Sequence record: OQ921333.1
DNA from: Escherichia phage vB_EcoP_PAS61
Length of the DNA: 39,287 bases
Reading direction: 5' to 3' (one strand)
Below the pieces are notes generated by a model. That model ran no database searches and was not told where the DNA came from. It worked only from the letters and a program-made list of their open reading frames with translations. How positions within the stretch are numbered: the stretch's first letter is position 1; every line of letters begins with the position of its first letter. This document shows positions 8,016 through 15,936 of this stretch, one piece after another. The position numbers were made by a program, and so were the translations under genes.

Positions 8016-8797
8016 ACAACGTTTTTACCGCGATACAAAACCGTGACGGAGAAGCCCTTTCTCGCATGTCAGGTTATGAGCATCAGTACACCAACAATGA
8101 CAACGTGGTGAACATGTCAGCAGAGAGGCTTGTTGATGCCCTTTTCAAACAGCTGAAACAACTGTTTCCGGCGGCAGTGGTAACCAACCTGAAGACGCCA
8201 GAGCAGGAAGTTGCTGCAAAACAGCAGTGGATTGCTGCGTTTGCCGAAGGGGGGATCCGAACCCGTGAACAGGTTTCTGCTGGTATGCGCCACGCCCGCG
8301 CCAGTGAATCTCCGTTCTGGCCGTCGCCAGGGCAATTTATCAAGTGGTGTAAAGACAGCAAGATGGTTCTTGGCGTCACCATTGACGATGTGATGGCGGA
8401 GTTTCATCGGTACAGCAAGGAAAAAAGTTTATATCCTGGTGGTCCCGAAAGATTCCCGTGGCGGCATCCGGTTATGTACTGGGTCGTATGTGATACCCGC
8501 CGTGCAATGTATCAGCGCCAGCTTAGCGAGATTGAAGTTGAGAAACACGCGCGCAGGCTGCTCGATGATTGGGCGAAAAAGGTGGCTTCCGGACAGCAGA
8601 TACCCGATCCGGTGATCAGCATACAGGCAAAGCCAGAGCCCATGAGTACACCTCCGGACACAGGGAGAGACGTTTACCATCCACCAGGGCGAAGTTTCGG
8701 GTGCATGCCTAACGCCGCCACCCTTGGGGGAATAACACCGGCGCAGTGGCTGATGGAGGAATACAGGCGGGGAAAGGCGGCAGGATTTATCAAGTAA
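8012..8797 (+). CDS. Replication protein P-like (helicase loader)
   Basis: Similarity from memory to lambda P (FPA...Q.EV...QW..AF.E.GI.T.EQV.AGMR.AR....PF.PSPGQF..WC); GTG start overlapping upstream stop (GTGA) with GGAGG RBS. Confidence 0.75.
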   Translation: MNNVFTAIQNRDGEALSRMSGYEHQYTNNDNVVNMSAERLVDALFKQLKQLFPAAVVTNLKTPEQEVAAKQQWIAAFAEGGIRTREQVSAGMRHARASESPFWPSPGQFIKWCKDSKMVLGVTIDDVMAEFHRYSKEKSLYPGGPERFPWRHPVMYWVVCDTRRAMYQRQLSEIEVEKHARRLLDDWAKKVASGQQIPDPVISIQAKPEPMSTPPDTGRDVYHPPGRSFGCMPNAATLGGITPAQWLMEEYRRGKAAGFIK

Positions 8798-8834
8798 TAC
8801 CAGCGCGATAGCGCATTTTTTTACGCCTCAACAA

Positions 8835-8911
8835 TTACCTATAAGGTAACAAAATATTCTAAACTCTATTGATTTCGTGTCTTATGTGGTTTTTAATTAC
8901 CTTAGAGGTAA
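8835..8911 (+). promoter_or_regulatory. Promoter/operator region: TTACCTATAAGGTAA (8835-8849), -35 TTGATT (8869-8874), spacer containing TTATGTGGTT, -10 TTTAAT (8892-8897), TTACCTTAGAGGTAA (8897-8911) overlapping the RBS of the downstream gene
   Basis: Motifs read directly. Confidence 0.45.
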
Positions 8912-8914
8912 ATC

Positions 8915-9262
8915 ATGAGAAAACAGATACAGGCTCTTGGTCGACTCAAAACAGGCCAGATGAACAAAACAGAATCTGCGTATTGCCAGCACCTTGAGCA
9001 GCGTAAACGTGCAGGGGAAATCGCCTGGTATCGATTCGAGGGTATCAAGCTGCGGTTAGCTGACAACACGTTCTATACGCCCGATTTCGCTGTGATGCTC
9101 GCCACCGGAGAGATGGAACTGCACGAAGTGAAAGGGGGATTCTGGACCGACGACGCCAGGGTGAAAACCAAAGTAGCCGCAGATCAGTATCCGTTCCGAA
9201 TCATCGGGGTAACGGTTAAACCAAAGAAAGCAGGTGGCGGCTGGAACATCGAAGAGTTCTGA
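8915..9262 (+). CDS. DUF1064-like phage protein (possible nuclease/resolvase-like)
   Basis: 115 aa; YCQHLEQRKRAGEI..YRFEG..L....FYTPDF pattern recalled as DUF1064. Confidence 0.5.
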   Translation: MRKQIQALGRLKTGQMNKTESAYCQHLEQRKRAGEIAWYRFEGIKLRLADNTFYTPDFAVMLATGEMELHEVKGGFWTDDARVKTKVAADQYPFRIIGVTVKPKKAGGGWNIEEF

Positions 9263-9323
9263 ATCGACGATCTTTTTAGTTATCAATGTAATCAATAAGT
9301 TATGTGGATAAGCGAGGGTAAAG

Positions 9324-9971
9324 ATGGAAAGTAATATCAAAGGGTTAGTTGCCGCCGGGCATGAGATGGCTTCGGAACTGAAAGCAGAATGTGGTGCCGT
9401 TGATATGCGCAGTATGGCAAAGCTGATCAGCGATTTGGCAACGCAACTGGAAGTGCAACTGGTGCGTGCTAATGCGCTGGCCGAAGACCAGCAGAAAGCG
9501 ATTGAGTCAATTAAGCAGGCTGATTCAACTGTTAAGTTGGCGCACGAGAAGTTTTCGGCGCTTGCGGCGGAGAATGAACTGGCTCGTAAGGCAGTTAAGG
9601 CATTCTGCGATGTTGTTGGCGACAACACCGAGGTTATCGCTGAGGAGGTTGGGCGAGATGGCGTTCTGGTTATTTTGAAGGCCATGAAGGCAACAGGAAA
9701 TATGTCAGCCACCGACGCTTTCCTGGCTGAAATTCGTGCGGAAGCACGCAACGAGGGGATTAACTATACCGCCAGCCGTCTTGCTGCTGCGTTCAATCAC
9801 GGATTTATCAATAAGTCTTTGCGTGAAGTTTTCGACGTTACACGCATGATTTTGTCAGCGAAAGAAGAGTTGGCTAATGAAGCGCATCCGATTGATGGCC
9901 TGTCTGGTGAATATGCGGAGAAATCCCTTGAAGAATGGGCGGAACAGATTCGCAAAGGAGGCAGCCAGTGA
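9324..9971 (+). CDS. Hypothetical protein
   Basis: 215 aa ORF, Ala/Glu-rich, no recognised motif. Confidence 0.5.
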   Translation: MESNIKGLVAAGHEMASELKAECGAVDMRSMAKLISDLATQLEVQLVRANALAEDQQKAIESIKQADSTVKLAHEKFSALAAENELARKAVKAFCDVVGDNTEVIAEEVGRDGVLVILKAMKATGNMSATDAFLAEIRAEARNEGINYTASRLAAAFNHGFINKSLREVFDVTRMILSAKEELANEAHPIDGLSGEYAEKSLEEWAEQIRKGGSQ

Positions 9972-10564
9972 GCAAGATTGACTATCAGGCACTGCGTGAG
10001 ATAGCAAAACAGGCAACACAAAGCGAATGGGTCGCATTTATTTCGCCGGGTACTGGTACGTATGCGGTGCATACGCCCGGTGATAAACGATGTGAAGACG
10101 TTATCAAATGGACCGGCTTTGATGGACAGAAAAATGCAGAGAACAACGCTCGTTATATCGCAGCTTTCAACCCTGAAGTAGTGCAGGCGCTGCTGGATGA
10201 ACGGGAATCCCAAAACAAGCGTATTGCAGAACTGGAGAAAAGCGAAGAGCAACTCATTAACGAGCGTGACCATGCTGAGTCTGCTTTAGATGATATGTAC
10301 TTTGCAGCAACCGGTAACAGGCCGGAGTGGAGCAACTGGTTCGGCTTTTCAGATGCTGTCGATGCCGTGGTTGACAGAATTGCTGATTTAGAAGCTAAAC
10401 AGCCATCGCCAGTAGTACCGGAAGGACTGGTTAAAGCAGTGCGCTTCTATGAACAGGTTAAGCGTGAAAATCCGCCAGTCGAAACCGGAGCATGGAAAGA
10501 CGCTGTTGACTGGGTGCTCAAAGAGGCTTGCCAGGTTGTAAACACTGGCATCAAAGGAGAGTGA
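9968..10564 (+). CDS. Ead/Ea22-like phage protein
   Basis: GTG start overlapping upstream stop after GGAGG; coiled-coil central region; family call from memory. Confidence 0.5.
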   Translation: MSKIDYQALREIAKQATQSEWVAFISPGTGTYAVHTPGDKRCEDVIKWTGFDGQKNAENNARYIAAFNPEVVQALLDERESQNKRIAELEKSEEQLINERDHAESALDDMYFAATGNRPEWSNWFGFSDAVDAVVDRIADLEAKQPSPVVPEGLVKAVRFYEQVKRENPPVETGAWKDAVDWVLKEACQVVNTGIKGE

Positions 10565-10565
10565 G

Positions 10566-10757
10566 ATGAACGGACAAATATCAATTGTTCGACCGGGAGC
10601 ATGTGACGATCGCGAGATACGCATGATTATTCGTCTGGCGAGGGGGAAAACAATAACTGCTCTCATTACTCCAGAAAATCTCGCATTAGCATTAACAGGA
10701 AAGTCAGACCTGCCAGTAGAGCTAAAACTGCGAAATGTTGAGATTAAGGTGAAATAG
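10566..10757 (+). CDS. Small hypothetical protein
   Basis: 63 aa ORF tightly packed between neighbours. Confidence 0.45.
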   Translation: MNGQISIVRPGACDDREIRMIIRLARGKTITALITPENLALALTGKSDLPVELKLRNVEIKVK

Positions 10758-10758
10758 C

Positions 10759-11457
10759 ATGAATTCTATTACCAAAGAACGTATCGAATTATTCATTAAA
10801 AATCCGCTTGAAAACGGGCTTACCCGTGGCGAACAAATGGAACTGGCACGAATTGCACTGGCATCACTGGCAGCAGTATCGGATGAACGAGCAGCCTATG
10901 AATTATTTATGGAGAAGCGTTTCGGGGAATCTGTAGATCGCCGCAGGGCGAAAAATGGTGATAGAGAATACATGGCATGGGATATGGCGCTTGGCTGGAT
11001 TATCTGGTGTCACCGCGCCGCCATGCTTCAGGGAGGCCAACCTGTAAACCAAACTTACAACTTGCCAGAATTAATCGAAGGCATGGAAGTTTCCATTGAT
11101 GTAAGCACTTGTGATGCTGATTTAGGTAATCGCTATTTCGGCACCGTCACCGAGGCGTTAGAACTTGATACTGCCAAGAATGGTTACATCCTCCTGGTTC
11201 AGGACGCAGAGCCAAACTTCGATGTAAATGGCAACTCTCCGGTAACTCCGGATAGTTGGATAAGCTGTAGTGAGCGAATGCCAGGCGATGGTCAGCACGT
11301 AATTATTTTATGTGATGGCACATTCGTTCTTTATGCGCAATATCGAGATGGAGAGTTTTTCGATATTGTCCGCAATGGTGATGAATTTTTCGAAACACAG
11401 AGTCGCAATGTAACCGACTGGATGCCGCTGCCAGAACCGCCGCAGGAGATGAAGTAA
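10759..11457 (+). CDS. DUF551 domain protein
   Basis: C-terminal WISCSERMP...DWMPLPEPP pattern typical of DUF551 phage proteins. Confidence 0.55.
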   Translation: MNSITKERIELFIKNPLENGLTRGEQMELARIALASLAAVSDERAAYELFMEKRFGESVDRRRAKNGDREYMAWDMALGWIIWCHRAAMLQGGQPVNQTYNLPELIEGMEVSIDVSTCDADLGNRYFGTVTEALELDTAKNGYILLVQDAEPNFDVNGNSPVTPDSWISCSERMPGDGQHVIILCDGTFVLYAQYRDGEFFDIVRNGDEFFETQSRNVTDWMPLPEPPQEMK

Positions 11458-11741
11458 TGGACTCCTTCGCGAAATATACGATTATTGACTGGATAGCATT
11501 CCTTCAGGTTTTGCTCATCTGGTTTTATATGGCTTACAGGAGTGGACAGTGGATTGTCGATGTAGCCTGTAGCAAGGGATGGCGTTGGTGGAACCGAAAG
11601 AATAAAAAAGCACTGGCATTGGATTCGTTTTACGAAGCATTCAATCTTAACAGCCTTCAGCCTGGTTCTGTCGTTGTAGTCACCACTCAAAGCGGCATGA
11701 CGATACAAATTCACAAGCCAAAGGAGGAAGGTCGTGGCTAA
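11457..11741 (+). CDS. Hypothetical protein with N-terminal hydrophobic segment
   Basis: 94 aa ORF; ATGA-type overlap with upstream gene. Confidence 0.45.
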   Translation: MDSFAKYTIIDWIAFLQVLLIWFYMAYRSGQWIVDVACSKGWRWWNRKNKKALALDSFYEAFNLNSLQPGSVVVVTTQSGMTIQIHKPKEEGRG

Positions 11742-12015
11742 CCTGCAACTTGCCGTCAAAGGTGAATACTTCGATGCCATGATTCGTGGAGAGAAAACGG
11801 AAGAGTATCGCTTGTGTAATGACTACTGGAATAAGCGAATTATGTTCCGCGAGTATGGCCGCCTGATTATCACAAAGGGATATCCGAAGCGCGACGATTC
11901 CAGCCGCAGAATTGATGTTCCGTATGAAGGGTATGAAATCAAGACAATCACACATCCGCACTTCGGCGATAAACCGGTAAAGGTGTACGCGATAAAGGTG
12001 AATATTGATGGCTAA
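11734..12015 (+). CDS. Small hypothetical protein (possibly ASCH-like)
   Basis: GTG start after AGGAGG RBS; weak family resemblance only. Confidence 0.4.
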   Translation: MANLQLAVKGEYFDAMIRGEKTEEYRLCNDYWNKRIMFREYGRLIITKGYPKRDDSSRRIDVPYEGYEIKTITHPHFGDKPVKVYAIKVNIDG

Positions 12016-12346
12016 ATCAGCAGCAGAGCGCAAAGCCGCTCAGAGAGCCAGACAAGCTGCATCTGGTGTGCGTAAGCTGGAAATTGTGCTTGATGCTCAG
12101 GAAATTGAAATGCTGGAGCGTAACTGTGCCACGCGTCGCCCCGGGCGTGCGCCTTACGAATTTGGTGAGTATATAGCGTTACTGATCCGCCAGGATGATG
12201 CACGCGTGCGCGGGCGTATAAAATCGATCAGCAGAAAATGTTGCGGTAAGTGCGGCGAGAGAGTTCCAGTTAATTCATGCCCGTGTAATGGTGACTCGCA
12301 ATGCTGGGTGACTAAAGGCTGGCATGAAACGAAATTAATAGTGTGA
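12008..12346 (+). CDS. Cys-rich zinc-finger protein immediately upstream of the late operon; candidate late-gene regulator/antiterminator (Q-like role)
   Basis: 112 aa; CCGKCGERVPVNSCPCNGDSQC cluster; stop codon overlaps the GTGACATGTCAC palindrome; followed by an intrinsic terminator and then the terminase genes. Confidence 0.45.
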   Translation: MAKSAAERKAAQRARQAASGVRKLEIVLDAQEIEMLERNCATRRPGRAPYEFGEYIALLIRQDDARVRGRIKSISRKCCGKCGERVPVNSCPCNGDSQCWVTKGWHETKLIV

Positions 12347-12395
12347 CATGTCACGAGTAGATTATGCATGATGAATTTGATGGGTTTTGAATACT

Positions 12396-12421
12396 GCCGC
12401 CAACTATGGCGGCTTTATTTT
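12396..12421 (+). terminator. Rho-independent terminator (GCCGCC-AACTAT-GGCGGC + TTTATTTT) between early-right and late genes (tR'-like position)
   Basis: Perfect 6-bp GC stem plus U-run. Confidence 0.6.
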
Positions 12422-12464
12422 GCATGGTACTATTACCACAACGGTAACTATTACCACGGTGGTT

Positions 12465-13061
12465 ATGATGCCTGCTGAACCTAAAACCTATAAACGCAAA
12501 TCAACGCAATTTAAGCCACTAACAGCAATGCAGGAGGCTTATTGCCAGTCATACATCAAAACGCCTGAAAACCAGACTCAGGCAGCGATTAACGCAGGGT
12601 TCTCCCCAAATACAGCGGCAGTTAAAGCCAGTGTCATGATGCGCGATGAACGCATTCAAAAACGGATTGCCGAGTTGATGGAGGAGCGCAACAAACGAAT
12701 GCGCGTCAGTGCTGATTACGTTCTCATGCGCCTGGTGGAGATCGACCAGATGGACGTGATCGACATCCTCAACGACGATGGGAGCCTTAAACCAATCCGT
12801 GAGTGGCCGAAAATCTGGCGCACTACGCTTAGTGGCTTTGATCTGTCATCGACCATCATGAACATGAACGAGGATTCGATAGAGACAATCCTCAAAAAAA
12901 TTAAATGGCCTGACAAGGTGAAGAACCTTGAGCTGATTGGTAAGCATGTTGATGTCAACGCGTTCAAAGAACGTCTGGATGTTAATGTGAATGTGACAAT
13001 TGCTGATCGCATAGCAGCAGCCAGGAAGCGACTCAAAGAACGTCAGGATGGTAATCAGTGA
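12465..13061 (+). CDS. Terminase small subunit
   Basis: Position immediately upstream of and translationally coupled to terminase large subunit; basic N-terminal region; start moved to ATG after the terminator. Confidence 0.65.
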   Translation: MMPAEPKTYKRKSTQFKPLTAMQEAYCQSYIKTPENQTQAAINAGFSPNTAAVKASVMMRDERIQKRIAELMEERNKRMRVSADYVLMRLVEIDQMDVIDILNDDGSLKPIREWPKIWRTTLSGFDLSSTIMNMNEDSIETILKKIKWPDKVKNLELIGKHVDVNAFKERLDVNVNVTIADRIAAARKRLKERQDGNQ

Positions 13062-14533
13062 CAGATACAGCGTTATCTCCTGAAGAGCAGTTGATCGAGG
13101 ATATTGCAGGGTTCACTCACGATCCGCTTGGCTATGCCCTCTATGCGTTCCCGTGGGGGGAAGAGGGGACTGAACTGGCACATGCTACCGGCCCACGTCA
13201 GTGGCAGGCTGATGCGTTCCGAGAGATACGTGATCACCTGCAGAATCCAGAGACGCGCTATCAGCCGCTTATGCTGGCACGCGCTTCTGGTCACGGTATT
13301 GGTAAATCCGCATTCATCTCAATGCTGATCAACTGGGGCATGTCCACTTGCGAGGATTGTAAGGTCGTGGTGACCGCCAACACCGACAACCAGCTACGAA
13401 CGAAGACCTGGCCGGAAATTATCAAGTGGTCGAACCTTGCTATCACGAAAGACTGGTTTACCTGTACCGCTACCGCGATGTACAGCAATGATCCTGGGCA
13501 CGACAAGCGGTGGCGAGCTGACGCAATCCCCTGGTCTGAGCACAACACTGAGGCATTCGCCGGACTACACAACGAGCGCAAACGCATCATCGTGGTATTC
13601 GATGAAGCGTCGAACATTGCGGATCTGGTGTGGGAAGTTGCTGAGGGGGCGCTAACGGACGAAGACACTGAGATTATCTGGGTGGCGTTCGGAAACCCTA
13701 CACGTAACACCGGGCGTTTCCGCGAATGTTTCCGCAAATATAAACACCGCTGGAAAACTGCGCAGATTGACAGCCGGACGGTGGAAGGCACTAACAAACA
13801 GCAGTTGCAGAAATGGGTTGATGACTACGGGGAAGACAGCGACTTCGTTAAAATCCGTGTGCGCGGCATATTCCCTGATGCATCTGAATTGCAGTTTATC
13901 CCTACCGGTCTTACTGATGAGGCAATGAAACGGGTGGTAACCGCTGCGCAGGTTGCACATGCTCCGGTGATAATCGGCGTTGACCCGGCATACTCAGGCG
14001 TTGATGACGCGGTGATATACCTGCGGCAGGGGCTGCACAGTAAGGTGCTATGGACTGGTAACAAGACCACCGACGATCTGATTATGGCGAAGCGTATCGC
14101 TGACTTTGAAGACCAGTATCAGGCTGACGCGGTGTTCATCGACTTCGGTTACGGAACCGGTTTGAAGTCAATCGGTGATGGCTGGGGACGTACATGGCAA
14201 CTTGTTCCGTTCGGCGGTGCGTCCACTGACCCGCAGATGCTTAACAAGCGTGGGGAGATGTTCAACTCATGTAAGACATGGCTGAGGCTGGGCGGCATGC
14301 TGGATGACCAGGAAACTGCAGACGACCTGTCAGCGGCAGAGTACAAAGTTCGTGTGGACGGTAAAATCGTTATCGAACCGAAGGAAGATATCAAGGAGCG
14401 GCTTGGGCGTTCGCCGGGTAAAGGCGATGCGCTACTGCTGACGTTTGCTTTCCCTGTGTCGAAGCGTCTGCGAATTCCTGGGCAGCAGAACCAGCAAGGC
14501 AAGGCCATCACAGATTATGACCCGTATGCTTAA
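13058..14533 (+). CDS. Terminase large subunit
   Basis: 491 aa; Walker A-like ARASGHGIGKS; GTG start overlapping terS stop. Confidence 0.9.
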   Translation: MTDTALSPEEQLIEDIAGFTHDPLGYALYAFPWGEEGTELAHATGPRQWQADAFREIRDHLQNPETRYQPLMLARASGHGIGKSAFISMLINWGMSTCEDCKVVVTANTDNQLRTKTWPEIIKWSNLAITKDWFTCTATAMYSNDPGHDKRWRADAIPWSEHNTEAFAGLHNERKRIIVVFDEASNIADLVWEVAEGALTDEDTEIIWVAFGNPTRNTGRFRECFRKYKHRWKTAQIDSRTVEGTNKQQLQKWVDDYGEDSDFVKIRVRGIFPDASELQFIPTGLTDEAMKRVVTAAQVAHAPVIIGVDPAYSGVDDAVIYLRQGLHSKVLWTGNKTTDDLIMAKRIADFEDQYQADAVFIDFGYGTGLKSIGDGWGRTWQLVPFGGASTDPQMLNKRGEMFNSCKTWLRLGGMLDDQETADDLSAAEYKVRVDGKIVIEPKEDIKERLGRSPGKGDALLLTFAFPVSKRLRIPGQQNQQGKAITDYDPYA

Positions 14534-14584
14534 TCCGCTGGTGGGGATAATGTCGTTGATATCCTCTGATGAGGATAAAACAAA

Positions 14585-14610
14585 GCCAGCTCATCGGCTG
14601 GCTGTTTGTG
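14585..14610. terminator. Bidirectional terminator-like hairpin (GCCAGC-TCATCG-GCTGGC) with U-rich flanks, between terminase large subunit and the antisense moron
   Basis: Stem-loop read directly; adjacent to GTGACATGTCAC palindrome at 14608-14619. Confidence 0.45.
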
Positions 14611-14623
14611 ACATGTCACGGTG

Positions 14624-15046
14624 TTAGAAGGTTATTTTATCGAATGCGGCGTTGATTGCCTTGGCGTCCTGCTCAGCACCAACCACATCAAGTAAAGATC
14701 TTTTACTAAGCACTTCAGCCAGGCATTGTAACTTCATGTTGTATAAGTTTTCGCGCATGTAATCATCATCACTTTTTTCTTTGGCGTATACAGCGCGAGA
14801 AATATCAAACACATTGCCTTTTTCCATTTCAGTTTTCTGCGCTGAAATCCAGTCATGGCAAGTAACTCCTATTCCATGGTCATCGCTAAGCGTTAACCCG
14901 GCAAGTCGCTCACCTGGAATTGCTTCATAAAGCATTTCATTTCCTGCAAAAACACCATAAAAAATTGAGTCATCACCCTGAACAATGCGTACATATTTGC
15001 ACGGCCATTCATTTAGATATTTAGCTAGCATGTCGGCTGTTTTCAT
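14624..15046 (-). CDS. Moron gene of unknown function (antisense to the late operon)
   Basis: 140 aa ORF with balanced composition on the opposite strand between terminase and portal, downstream of a tRNA and an intrinsic terminator. Confidence 0.55.
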   Translation of the reverse strand: MKTADMLAKYLNEWPCKYVRIVQGDDSIFYGVFAGNEMLYEAIPGERLAGLTLSDDHGIGVTCHDWISAQKTEMEKGNVFDISRAVYAKEKSDDDYMRENLYNMKLQCLAEVLSKRSLLDVVGAEQDAKAINAAFDKITF

Positions 15047-15056
15047 GATCTCACTT

Positions 15057-15081
15057 TAAAAAAATGCCCGGCGAACCGGGC
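15057..15081 (-). terminator. Rho-independent terminator (GCCCGG-CGAA-CCGGGC followed by U7 on the minus strand) downstream of the tRNA
   Basis: Perfect stem with 7-nt U-run on minus strand. Confidence 0.55.
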
Positions 15082-15211
15082 TGTACTGGTTTACAGCATG
15101 AAGTCATCGCAATGGCGTCCTGCTGTAAAAAGGGCGGTGATAGTTCTTCAAGGGAAACCATCACCGCCAAGCCCCTGGAACTTCTGGCATCACGGTCCTT
15201 AGGCGTGATTC

Positions 15212-15288
15212 TGGCGTGGCATGCAGGATTCGAACCTGCGACCAACCGCTTAGAAGGCGGTTGCTCTGTCCGACTGAGCTAATGCCAC
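15212..15288 (-). tRNA. tRNA-Arg (anticodon UCU), phage-encoded
   Basis: Hand-folded cloverleaf: acceptor GTGGCAT/ATGCCAC, D-stem GCTC/GAGC, anticodon stem ACCGC/GCGGT with loop CTTCTAA, T-arm GCAGG-TTCGAAT-CCTGC, discriminator G and encoded CCA. Confidence 0.85.
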
Positions 15289-15610
15289 AACGCTGAGAGC
15301 ACTTAGCCTGTTAAGGCGCCACACTTTGTCGCGGCTCCATAAATGCTCTCATCGTTGTACCCTCGTCTCTTCCGAGGCGTCACACCGAATCGCCGGGATG
15401 GTGAATCCCCGTGCGCGGAATAAAACCGCTCGACTTGCACATTCCGGCTACCTGGTTCGTTTGCCCGAGCAAGGGAGGGTGCCCCTTAAACGTATCCAGA
15501 CCGCTATCGGCGCATGTGCCATACGCCGTACTGCTCAAAATAAAAGCTCACTCCACCTGTTTAATTTAACGACAAGCCAGTCAGGTTAGTAACCAGAATG
15601 AGCTCTTTAG

Positions 15611-15677
15611 TTACCTGAAAGGTAATAATTCACGCGTTAAATGTCAACCTTCTACGATAAATAAATCATATGTGGTT
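15611..15677. promoter_or_regulatory. Regulatory region upstream of the portal module: TTACCTGAAAGGTAA (15611-15625), TTGACA on minus strand (15647-15642), CATATGTGGTT (15667-15677)
   Basis: Motifs read directly. Confidence 0.4.
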
Positions 15678-15715
15678 AAATTGGTAATAATTTAATTGCG
15701 TACGGAGTCATTGAT

Positions 15716-15922
15716 ATGTGCATGGGTAGCTCACCATCAGTGCCTGCAACACCAGAAGTTCAGGCAGCACCACAGGAGCAGGATGCCGCCGTTGTTGATG
15801 CCCGCGACGAAGAAACACGTCGCCGTCGCGCTGCTGCTGGTCGTAGTTCTACGCTGCTTACCGGTTCTCAGGGCGACACATCAACCGCTAATACCAGCGG
15901 TAAAACGCTGCTTGGTCAGTAA
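15716..15922 (+). CDS. Small Ala/Gly/Thr-rich hypothetical protein upstream of portal
   Basis: 68 aa; RBS context GGAGTCATTGAtATG nearly identical to that of the portal gene. Confidence 0.45.
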   Translation: MCMGSSPSVPATPEVQAAPQEQDAAVVDARDEETRRRRAAAGRSSTLLTGSQGDTSTANTSGKTLLGQ

Positions 15923-15936
15923 CCGGAGTCATTGAA

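Noticed and set aside
9056-9751. 231-aa minus-strand ORF with extreme Ala/Ser bias
   Set aside because: Antisense to two + strand genes in a tightly packed + strand operon; low-complexity composition typical of antisense reading of coding sequence
12343-12354. GTGACATGTCAC as a CRP or FNR binding site
   Set aside because: Half-site spacing is N4 rather than the N6 of the CRP consensus TGTGA-N6-TCACA, and the half-sites do not match the FNR TTGAT-N4-ATCAA consensus
15326-15589. 87-aa + strand ORF in the tRNA-portal intergenic region
   Set aside because: No RBS, atypical composition (Arg/Ser/His-rich), sits in a region that looks regulatory or structured-RNA-like; retained only as part of the non-coding-region finding
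15696-15935. Alternative-frame 79-aa ORF overlapping the small pre-portal gene
   Set aside because: The overlapping frame 15716-15922 has an RBS context nearly identical to the portal gene; this frame has none and an implausible composition
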